Shown here: one piece after another, positions 24,638-32,000 of the stretch
Layout: each line of letters begins with the position of its first letter
How positions within the stretch are numbered: the first letter of the stretch is position 1
Assembly (NCBI GenBank): GCA_028276785.1
Contig: JAPYVP010000004.1
Span: 1 to 32,000, forward strand
Length of the DNA stretch: 32,000 bases
DNA from: Candidatus Nanopusillus sp.
GTDB taxonomy: Archaea; Nanobdellota; Nanobdellia; Nanobdellales; Nanobdellaceae
Direction: 5' to 3'
The notes under the pieces: model-generated
Seen by the model: the letters and a program-made list of their open reading frames with translations, nothing else
Database searches by the model: none
What the model was told of the DNA's origin: nothing
Position numbers and translations under genes: made by a program

Positions 24638-25903
24638 TTACCTTTTCAATAACCATTTCCACAGTGGTATTAATTTTATTTCTTTATTATCTTTAATTAT
24701 TCTATCTTCTAAATCCCATGTAATAATTTTTAAATCATTACAATTTAATAAATTAGATGCTTTAATTAAAGATCTAATTTCTCTTTTGTCCATTTCATCT
24801 ATATTATTTATATAAGAAACCTGGATTAATTCTTTTACTATATTATTTTCTTTTATTAAAAAATCTACTTCGTGTTGTTGATAATCTCTAAAATAGTATA
24901 TTTCAATTAGTGGATTGTTATTAATTAATCTTAACAAATCTAAATAAACCATATTTTCTATTCTTTTTCCTATATCATATTTACCAAACAAATTTGCAAA
25001 AGATACATCACATAAATAAACCTTTCTTGGCCACCTTTTTCTTTCAAAATATTTGTTAGAATATTTTTCTACAAAAAATATAGACATTGTATCTTGTATT
25101 TTATCCAAATATGAAAATATTGTATTTTTTGTATTTATATTAAATTGATTTTCTATAAATTTTTTTATTCTATTTATACTTATTTCATTAGAAAAATTTT
25201 GCATTAAATATTCAAAAATTATTTTTGCAACATTAAAGCTTCTAATTTTCCCTCTTTCTATAAAATCTTTATAAAAAATTGTTTCATAATATTCTTTAAT
25301 TATTCTTTCTTTATCTTCTATAAAAATTACTTCTGGATATCCTCCAAATTTTATATATTCCATTAAATATTCTTTTATTTTTTCTATTTCACTTATACCC
25401 AATATCTTAGAAACATTCATCTTTGTTTTTAGAAATTCTCTAAAAGAAAATGGTAATAAAATATAATATATTGTTCTACCTCTTAATTCGGTTAATAATT
25501 CTTTTGGTAATAACCTTGAGGACGAACCTGTTAAATATACATTATACCCCCTATCAATTAGCGTTCTTACTAATTTATCCCAATTTTCTAAATTTTGTAT
25601 TTCATCTAAAAATATTGTATTTATTTTTACATCATATTTAGATTCATATAAAGATATTATATTTAAAATTTCTTCTGGCTTAATATTTGAAAATTCTATA
25701 CTCTCAAAATTAATATATATTGACTTATCTTTACTTGATAAATATCTATTTAATAATAAATATGTTTTTCCTGCTCTTCTAGGGCCAACAATAGATATAG
25801 CCTTATTTTCTATATTTTTTATATTTAATTCTCTTTCAATATAATTTATTTTTCTTTCCCTTATTCTTTCAAAATATTCTATTATAAATTTTTCATCATA
25901 CAT
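24638..25903 (-). CDS. COG1373-type AAA ATPase with a C-terminal DUF4143 (PD-(D/E)xK nuclease-like) domain
   Basis: Walker A reads ISIVGPRRAGKTYLL and Walker B reads IFLDEIQ. The C-terminus YFRDYQQHEVDFLIKE is typical of DUF4143. The track ORF extends to 26008, but a palindromic TATA (tttttataaaaa, 25924-25935) lies inside that extension at -21 to -32 from the ATG at 25903 (MYDEKFIIEYF...). I therefore prefer 25903 as the start. Confidence 0.8.
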   Translation of the reverse strand: MYDEKFIIEYFERIRERKINYIERELNIKNIENKAISIVGPRRAGKTYLLLNRYLSSKDKSIYINFESIEFSNIKPEEILNIISLYESKYDVKINTIFLDEIQNLENWDKLVRTLIDRGYNVYLTGSSSRLLPKELLTELRGRTIYYILLPFSFREFLKTKMNVSKILGISEIEKIKEYLMEYIKFGGYPEVIFIEDKERIIKEYYETIFYKDFIERGKIRSFNVAKIIFEYLMQNFSNEISINRIKKFIENQFNINTKNTIFSYLDKIQDTMSIFFVEKYSNKYFERKRWPRKVYLCDVSFANLFGKYDIGKRIENMVYLDLLRLINNNPLIEIYYFRDYQQHEVDFLIKENNIVKELIQVSYINNIDEMDKREIRSLIKASNLLNCNDLKIITWDLEDRIIKDNKEIKLIPLWKWLLKR

Positions 25904-25923
25904 GTCATTATTATTATACCAAA

Positions 25924-25935
25924 TTTTTATAAAAA
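25924..25935 (-). promoter_or_regulatory. TATA box for the COG1373 ATPase gene
   Basis: tttttataaaaa lies at -21 to -32 from ATG 25903, inside the upstream extension called by the ORF track. Confidence 0.5.
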
Positions 25936-26028
25936 TTGTATAGTTACTATACCAAATATTCAAGATTTTGTCATATATATAAAACAATATCAACAGATTT
26001 TGTTTCATGAATTATAACAAATTACATA

Positions 26029-26439
26029 TCATAGTTCCAAAACTTTTATACTATATTTTTTAGCTATTTTTTTCAAATCTTCATCATAAGTAATAAATGA
26101 ACAATTTAATCTTTTAACAATTGATAATAAAATAAAATCATTTAAATTACTTTTACTTAATTTTTTATTATTTTCCTTTATCATCTTTAAAGCTTCCTTA
26201 ACATCTTTAATTTTTATGCTTTCTATTTCAAATAATTCTAAGTTATTTATTACTCTATAAATAGTATCAATATCATCCACATATTCTATTAAAACCCCTA
26301 GAAATTCATAAATAACCACTTCTGGCAATATAATATCATAACTCGTTAATATATCTAGACTTTTTTGATGATCTTCATAATCCTCAAATGTAGCCCTAAC
26401 TAGAACATTTGTATCAACAACTATTCTTTCTTTTTCCAT
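26029..26439 (-). CDS. vapC: PIN-domain toxin (VapC)
   Basis: RIVVDTNVLVRA is the N-terminal acidic PIN motif, with further acidic residues spaced as in PIN domains. There is a 19-nt overlap with the upstream antitoxin gene. Confidence 0.85.
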   Translation of the reverse strand: MEKERIVVDTNVLVRATFEDYEDHQKSLDILTSYDIILPEVVIYEFLGVLIEYVDDIDTIYRVINNLELFEIESIKIKDVKEALKMIKENNKKLSKSNLNDFILLSIVKRLNCSFITYDEDLKKIAKKYSIKVLEL

Positions 26440-26684
26440 CTTTTTATTTCTGGATATTCTTCTTCAATAATATCCTTATCATGTTTTTCTATAACTCTAT
26501 TTATATCTTCTTGAGTTAACTTTCTACCCAATCTTAATTTTACCCATTCTATTGGTTTAATTATTATAGCATTATTTTTTTCATCTTCTTCTACTATTAA
26601 ATATTGACCCTCCTTTATATTCAACTTTTTCCTAATCTTTGCCGGTATAGTTATTTGGTAATTTCTAGTAACTTTTACTTTCAT
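26421..26684 (-). CDS. vapB: AbrB/SpoVT-type antitoxin (VapB)
   Basis: MKVKVTRNYQITIPAKIRKKLNIKEGQYLIVEEDE is the swapped-hairpin AbrB motif. A TATA (TTTATAA, 26708-26714) lies at -30 to -24. Confidence 0.8.
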   Translation of the reverse strand: MKVKVTRNYQITIPAKIRKKLNIKEGQYLIVEEDEKNNAIIIKPIEWVKLRLGRKLTQEDINRVIEKHDKDIIEEEYPEIKRWKKKE

Positions 26685-26818
26685 ACTATATTTATGTATA
26701 CCATTACTTATAAATCTATATCTATTACAAAATATTTTCTTTATTTACTTGTTCCAAATTAAATCAATCTTATCGTCCAAAATTTTCTTTGAAAATAAAT
26801 AATTAGTAAACTAAAAAA

Positions 26819-27220
26819 TTACATTCTAAATTGTCCTCCTTGGCCTCCCGGATAATTTGGATATCCCGGATATTGTTGTGGTGGCATACCTGGTCCCATC
26901 ATTTGTCCTTTACCATAATTCCTCGCTATTTCATTTAAATCTCTTTGAACCATATATGGCATAATTATACCTACAAGTAAGAATAGTATAAAGTATATTA
27001 TTGCATTATCTTTTTTAGTAACATAGGCCCATCCTTCTGTATACTTATATAGCCAGAATATACTCACTATTGGTAGTAGAGCTAATATAAATGATGGTAT
27101 ATTTGCTCCCAATTCATTTAATTCATTTTTTGTCTTATATAGCCAATACAGGAAATATATCCCAAGCGTTACAAAACCCAATATATAAACCAAAAGTATA
27201 TTTCTTTCTTGTGGCGGCAT
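26819..27220 (-). CDS. DUF4234-like membrane protein with a Pro/Gln/Gly/Tyr-rich C-terminal tail
   Basis: ILGFVTLGIYFLYWLYKTKNELNELG matches the DUF4234 pattern (T.GIY..yW.yk...el) as I recall it. The tail is GQMMGPGMPPQQYPGYPNYPGGQGGQFRM. A TATA-like atttataaata lies about 22-32 nt upstream. Confidence 0.6.
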   Translation of the reverse strand: MPPQERNILLVYILGFVTLGIYFLYWLYKTKNELNELGANIPSFILALLPIVSIFWLYKYTEGWAYVTKKDNAIIYFILFLLVGIIMPYMVQRDLNEIARNYGKGQMMGPGMPPQQYPGYPNYPGGQGGQFRM

Positions 27221-27261
27221 TTAATTTTAATTTTCATTATTATTTATAAATCTTTCGTTAA

Positions 27262-29037
27262 TTATTTTTTCATCTTTTTCTTATTTAAATAATCTTTAAT
27301 AAAATTATACAATTCCTCTCCAATTTTTCTCTCATTTTCCTTCATAACTTTAGACAAATCTTTTATTATTTCCACATTTTCTTCAATTATTTTTTCCTTT
27401 AAACTTACATTGGGTTTATTTTCTAATTTTTCTAAATTTTCTTCCATTTTTCTTGTAAAGTTTATATCTAAAATATCTGGATAATATCTCTCAAATATTT
27501 CAACAATTTTTTTGCCCAATTCAGTGATTTTTATTGATCTACCTTCAACATATTTTCTCCTAAATAAAATTTCGACAATATCTGCCCTTGTGCTTTTTGT
27601 TCCTAAATTTAATTCTTCCATTTTTTTAACTAAGGAAGCCCTATTATATCTTGATGGTGGTTTTGTTTTTCTTTTTAATATATTAACTTTATCTATCAAC
27701 AACTTTTCTCCTATACTAAATTTCAAAGAAACAAAATTGTCCTTATATATTCCCCAATAAATATCTAACCACCCTTTATATTTTATATCATAATAATTAT
27801 AAATAAAATTTTCTTTCGTAATAACATTTATTTTATATACAATTGCTGGATCATAAAATGTTGCAATAAATCTCTTAACTATTAAATCATAAATCAACTT
27901 TTCTTTATATTCTAAATACTCTGGAATATTTCCTGTAGGATGTATTGCCGGATGTACATCGTCTTTAGATCCATTGTTTGGCTTTAAAATTTGTTTTTCC
28001 AATAAAAGAATTGTATATTTTTTGTAAGAATTTATTAATGATAAATTTGCTAATATTTCTCTAAAATTAATTGTTTCAGGTAATTTTTGAGATGATGTTC
28101 TTGGATAAGATATATAACCTTTTTCGTACAAGGATTGCAAAATATCTAAAGTTCTCTTTGGACTAATTTTATAATATTTATATGCATCCATCTGTATATC
28201 TGTTAAATTATATGGGTGTGGTGGGCTTATTTTTTCTTCTTTTTTATCTACATTGCTAACAATTAAATATTTTCCTAAATTATTTTTTACTTTGTTTGCT
28301 TCATCCTTATCCTTTATTTTATCTTTTATATATGAAAATTTCAATTTTTTGTCACCCTTTATAACTAAAGCTTCAACTTTATAATATTCTTCCGGTTTAA
28401 AGTTTTTAATTTCATTTTCTCTATTAAATATTAACATTAATGTCGGACCTTGAACCCTTCCAATACTTAAAACAAATTTTCTAGTATAATAAAATAAAGA
28501 TCTTGTTAATGCTCTAGATAAATTAATACCGTATAACCAATCAATTATATGTCTAGTCTCTCCAGCAAATATATATCCAAAATTTAGGCTTTCTTTTCTA
28601 TTATTAAAAGCTCTAACTATATCTTTATATGTTATGGCAGAAAATATCATTCTACTTGCATTTTCTTTATTTAATATATATCTTAAGATGTTATAACCTA
28701 TCAATTCACCTTCTATATCATAATCTGTCGCAATTATTATATCATTCTCATTTTTAAATTTACTAAACATTTCAATATAATATTTTTTTGCAATAATTCC
28801 ATCCTCAAAATATGATGGAACCCATCTATAATTGAATGTAGGATAATCATATTTTTTATCCAAATCTGATAATGTAAATAAATGACCAATTGCCGGAACA
28901 ACATATATATTTTTTCCTTCCAGATTAAAATAATAATAATATATGTTTTTTGAAAATTTTATTATCCTATACCTATTATTTGATAAAAATGATGAAATCT
29001 TTCTAGCCACAGAAGGTTTTTCTGTGATTATTAACAT
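27262..29037 (-). CDS. topA: Type IA DNA topoisomerase, core domains only
   Basis: The Toprim N-terminus reads MLIITEKPSVARKI and the acidic cluster reads ATDYDIEGELIG. The active-site Tyr context is LYEKGYISYPRTSS. At 591 aa there are no C-terminal zinc ribbons. Confidence 0.9.
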   Translation of the reverse strand: MLIITEKPSVARKISSFLSNNRYRIIKFSKNIYYYYFNLEGKNIYVVPAIGHLFTLSDLDKKYDYPTFNYRWVPSYFEDGIIAKKYYIEMFSKFKNENDIIIATDYDIEGELIGYNILRYILNKENASRMIFSAITYKDIVRAFNNRKESLNFGYIFAGETRHIIDWLYGINLSRALTRSLFYYTRKFVLSIGRVQGPTLMLIFNRENEIKNFKPEEYYKVEALVIKGDKKLKFSYIKDKIKDKDEANKVKNNLGKYLIVSNVDKKEEKISPPHPYNLTDIQMDAYKYYKISPKRTLDILQSLYEKGYISYPRTSSQKLPETINFREILANLSLINSYKKYTILLLEKQILKPNNGSKDDVHPAIHPTGNIPEYLEYKEKLIYDLIVKRFIATFYDPAIVYKINVITKENFIYNYYDIKYKGWLDIYWGIYKDNFVSLKFSIGEKLLIDKVNILKRKTKPPSRYNRASLVKKMEELNLGTKSTRADIVEILFRRKYVEGRSIKITELGKKIVEIFERYYPDILDINFTRKMEENLEKLENKPNVSLKEKIIEENVEIIKDLSKVMKENERKIGEELYNFIKDYLNKKKMKK

Positions 29038-29190
29038 AAAAATATTTTATTAATTATATTTTTGAGTATTATAATATCAAATCAATATATTGTTTTATCA
29101 AAATTTAAGTATCAATAGATGTTAGTATTCGTTTACTACTCATAAGTTTAAACACATATTCATTTATTTCTTGAAAGATTCTTTATATTA

Positions 29191-30918
29191 ATGAATAAAC
29201 TCTATAGATATATAATTATACATTTGTCATCCACTTTAATCCCAGTAATTCCTTTTCTTATCTTACTAATAAATAATGAATCCGTATCCCCTATAACTCT
29301 GATCATATCATCATCTCCAATAATTATTTCTTTTATATTTTTATCCTATCTATTTAGAGATTCCATTACAAGAGATCCAAATCCAATGGGTATTTTTTAC
29401 TTTATATCCAAATTATCTAAATATTTATTGCCAACTTTCGGATTCTTTTATTACTTATCAATAATATCTTTTATTTCTTCAGAATTATTATTGATAGGTG
29501 GTTATTTTAAAATAATAAATTCTTTTTCATTTTTAATACCTTATATAATAATATTTACTTTTTTATTATTTAATTTACTTAACATAAACATTGAAAGCAA
29601 AATACAGGAAATTATTTCATATACTTCTGTTATATCTCTTATTATTTTAATTTTGCTTTTTACATTTCCAATAGACATAAATATTCAATATAATTATATA
29701 GATCCTTTTTTATTTATAATAGCATATAATATATCGGTATTTTCTGGTCTAGATGTACTCACATATTATTCCAATTACTCAAACAATAGAAAAACTGGAA
29801 ATGCTACTTTTTATGGAACAATACTTTTGTCAATAATTTCTATATTTTTATACATAAGTCTATTAAATATTAAAATAAAAGATCTTAGCAACATAATTCT
29901 TTTAATATTCTTACCAATCAGTATATATTCTACATATATATGGTTTTATACTGCAAACAAAATATTAGAAAATATATCAGAAAATAGATTATTACCATAT
30001 TTCTTTAGGATAAAAAGCAACGGGAATTCTCCAATTTTTAATATCTTTCTATCTGCATCCATTATTTTAGTATTTCTATCATTAAATGACTTTGGCCATT
30101 TGTTATCTTTCTTCTCCTCCTTTACAATTATTATATACATACTATATGTAATATCTTATATAAAAATTAAAGTGGAAGGAAAAAATTTGCATAAGTGGAG
30201 ATTAGTAAAAATATTTATTGCTGTCTTTTCAATGACAACTTTATCCTATATGTTATTATATAATTTCCTAAATAATATATATGCAGCTATACTTACCTTT
30301 TTTATATCTTTTATTGTATTAATAATAACATTAAAAATAACATGGAAAAAAGATAAAAAACTTATAGAATTATACTTTTCCAAATTTCATTTTCTTCCAT
30401 ATTTAATTAGAAAATTATGGTATAAAGAAGATATAAAAATAATCGAATATTATATAAAAGATGGATATAAAATATTGGATTTCGGTCCATTTCTTGGTGA
30501 TATAGCTATACATATTGCAAGAAAATACAATGTAAAAGTTTATGCTCTAGAAATATCCCAAAAAATTGCAAAAAAATTACAGGAAAAAACAAAAAATATG
30601 GACAATTTTTTTGTATATATTGTAAAAAAGGATGAAATTCCAAAGATATTTTATAATAACATTGATTTAATAATCATATATGAAACATTAAAATTTATTA
30701 TAGATAAAAATAAATTTGTAAAAAGCATATATAGAACATTGAAAAATAATGGATATTTAATATCAATAACTTATGCAGACTTTTTAGAAAGAAAAGATAT
30801 AGAAGATGAAATTAAAAAAATAAAAGAATTGCTTGAATATCATAATATAAAGACATTATTAATAAAATCTCATAAAGGATTGTATACTAAATATATATTA
30901 ATAGGTAAGAAAATCTAA
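29191..30918 (+). CDS. Fusion protein: N-terminal polytopic APC-superfamily-like permease (about 390 aa) plus a C-terminal class I SAM-methyltransferase-like domain (about 170 aa)
   Basis: The N-terminal part has 10 or more hydrophobic segments. It includes ISENRLLPYFFRIKSNGNSPIFNIFLSASIILVF, which resembles the APC permease loop (..dg.lP..f.kv...g.P..a......i....). The C-terminal part has motif I (YKILDFGPFLGDIAIHIA), an acidic post-I residue (VYALEIS) and motif II-like IDLIIIYETLKFI. Confidence 0.6.
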   Translation: MNKLYRYIIIHLSSTLIPVIPFLILLINNESVSPITLIISSSPIIISFIFLSYLFRDSITRDPNPMGIFYFISKLSKYLLPTFGFFYYLSIISFISSELLLIGGYFKIINSFSFLIPYIIIFTFLLFNLLNINIESKIQEIISYTSVISLIILILLFTFPIDINIQYNYIDPFLFIIAYNISVFSGLDVLTYYSNYSNNRKTGNATFYGTILLSIISIFLYISLLNIKIKDLSNIILLIFLPISIYSTYIWFYTANKILENISENRLLPYFFRIKSNGNSPIFNIFLSASIILVFLSLNDFGHLLSFFSSFTIIIYILYVISYIKIKVEGKNLHKWRLVKIFIAVFSMTTLSYMLLYNFLNNIYAAILTFFISFIVLIITLKITWKKDKKLIELYFSKFHFLPYLIRKLWYKEDIKIIEYYIKDGYKILDFGPFLGDIAIHIARKYNVKVYALEISQKIAKKLQEKTKNMDNFFVYIVKKDEIPKIFYNNIDLIIIYETLKFIIDKNKFVKSIYRTLKNNGYLISITYADFLERKDIEDEIKKIKELLEYHNIKTLLIKSHKGLYTKYILIGKKI

Positions 30919-30922
30919 TATT

Positions 30923-31933
30923 ATGATAAATTATTTTGAACTGAAGAAATGGTATAATGACAATGCCGAAAAAATAAATAATTCAATAGTAAAAAACATA
31001 TATAATATTGAAGATGGGGTTGTTTTTGAATTATATAAACCAGGTTTAGAAAATAAATTTTTATACATAATCCCAGGAAAAATTATTTTTCTATATAATG
31101 TTAAAGAAAGAGAAGAAATAAATAAATTTACACTAAAATTAAGGAAAGATTTTAATGAGACAAAGATAAATATTGAAATTGATAATAATGATAAAATTAT
31201 TATAATAAAAAATAATGAAAAAAAATTATATATAGAGCTTTTTCCAAATGGGTTATTAATTGTAACTGATTATAATGATACAATTCTATATGCAAATCAA
31301 TATAAAAATTTTGGAGTAAGAAAAATATTTAGAAATGAAAAATATATAAAGCCACCAGGTTCTGTAAATATTATAAATAATATAAATGAATTTTTTGAAA
31401 AGGTAAATAATACAAATAAAAAAGATGTTGTAAGATTTTTAGCAATAGATTTGTCATTGGGGGGAAAGTATTCTGAATACATAATAAAAAAAGCAAATAT
31501 TGAAAAAAACAAAAGTCCAAAAGAATTAAATAAAGAAGAAATAGAAAAAATATATAACATTTATAATGATATAGTAAAATTAAAAATCATAATAGATGAA
31601 AATGGAAATATTATCGAAGATATTAATAAATATTTCATAAATCTTTATTTAAATAGTAGAGAAAATAAAAGAATTAGGAAATTAAATGAAGAAAAAGAAA
31701 AAATAAAAAGAATAATAGAAGAGCAAAAAAAATATTTGGAGGAAATTAATAATGAAATTTATAAATTAGAGAAAATTGGTGAATTTTTAAACATATATTC
31801 CTGGATATTTAAGGACTATGACGTAAATAATATAATAAAAAATTTTAGAGAAATTAATATTGATATAGATATTAAAATGGATAATAGATATTTAATTATT
31901 AATATAGATGATAAATATTTAGAGAATAAATAA
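30923..31933 (+). CDS. NFACT-family (RqcH/NEMF/FbpA-like) protein, short form: NFACT-N, HhH and coiled coil only
   Basis: FTLKLRKDFNETKINIEIDNNDKIIIIKNNEKKLYIELFPNGLLIVTDYNDTILYANQYKNFGVRKIFRNEKYIKPPG follows the NFACT-N pattern (F...LRK.l.g..i..i.q...DRi......y.L..El...GN.il.d....il......R.i..g..Y..PP). An HhH-like FLAIDLSLGGKYSEYIIKKANI and a K/E coiled coil follow. No NFACT-R/C region is present within the 336 aa. Confidence 0.55.
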   Translation: MINYFELKKWYNDNAEKINNSIVKNIYNIEDGVVFELYKPGLENKFLYIIPGKIIFLYNVKEREEINKFTLKLRKDFNETKINIEIDNNDKIIIIKNNEKKLYIELFPNGLLIVTDYNDTILYANQYKNFGVRKIFRNEKYIKPPGSVNIINNINEFFEKVNNTNKKDVVRFLAIDLSLGGKYSEYIIKKANIEKNKSPKELNKEEIEKIYNIYNDIVKLKIIIDENGNIIEDINKYFINLYLNSRENKRIRKLNEEKEKIKRIIEEQKKYLEEINNEIYKLEKIGEFLNIYSWIFKDYDVNNIIKNFREINIDIDIKMDNRYLIINIDDKYLENK

Positions 31934-32000
31934 ATCCTTTTTTCTTTTATTTTTTATAGAATTTTTTCTTTTAAAATTTATATATTTACCCAATAAATAT

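Noticed and set aside
25904-26008. A 35-codon N-terminal extension of the COG1373 ATPase, as called by the ORF track (MKQNLLILFYIYDKILNIWYSNYTIFIKIWYNNND)
   Set aside because: The extension contains the palindromic TATA box tttttataaaaa at the standard distance from the internal ATG at 25903. The extension does not resemble the family N-terminus, whereas MYDEKFIIEYFERI... is a plausible start.
7406-31560. Other short antisense ORFs in the track: 7406-7630, 9594-9785, 10085-10303, 12321-12524, 12687-12911, 19195-19760 (three ORFs), 20820-21017, 21548-21775, 22292-22474, 22655-22840, 24621-24815, 25450-25641, 27512-27760, 29946-30140 and 31297-31560
   Set aside because: Each is embedded in, and antisense to, a longer ORF with recognisable family motifs. 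Their compositions are the F/L/I/S-rich mirror of K/E/N-rich coding sequence.
1-32000. A scan for CRISPR arrays, rRNA genes, transposases, integrases, reverse transcriptases and diversity-generating retroelements
   Set aside because: I saw no regularly spaced direct repeats. The only GC-rich islands are the two tRNAs. No ORF carries DDE, tyrosine- or serine-recombinase, or RT motifs that I could recognise.

Overview
By eye the window is very AT-rich and tightly packed. Its gene content is archaeal and mostly informational: ribosomal proteins L21e and S10, RpoF, fibrillarin/Nop5, ArgRS, IleRS, aIF-1A, aIF-2 beta, EF-1 alpha, MCM, TBP, proteasome beta, aCPSF1, Tmk and a topoisomerase IA. The only GC-rich islands are two tRNAs: tRNA-Trp(CCA), and tRNA-Ile(UAU) carrying an 18-nt bulge-helix-bulge intron. 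The small genes, short spacers, shortened proteins (NMD3-like, NFACT-like, topo IA core), the tRNA-Ile(UAU) and TATA boxes at a fixed distance from ATG codons together suggest a reduced DPANN/Nanoarchaeota-type symbiont. That taxonomic call is inference, not a database result.

The less ordinary content is as follows:
- A cell-surface module sits at the left edge. It comprises a >756-codon Cys-paired, sequon-rich protein missing from the ORF track, a translationally coupled mini pilin-like protein, and a VKOR homologue. A membrane-anchored DsbA-like partner lies at 15.4 kb, and two more mini pilin-like paralogues lie at 8.9-9.4 kb.
- A 50-aa hyper-acidic protein with periodic Trp, also absent from the ORF track, has its own TATA box and lies among translation-factor genes.
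- The longest spacer (about 380 bp) contains a 21-bp perfect inverted repeat. It borders a small accessory islet of a COG1373 ATPase plus vapBC.
- One gene fuses an APC-type permease to a methyltransferase domain.

I saw no CRISPR array, rRNA, transposase or integrase.
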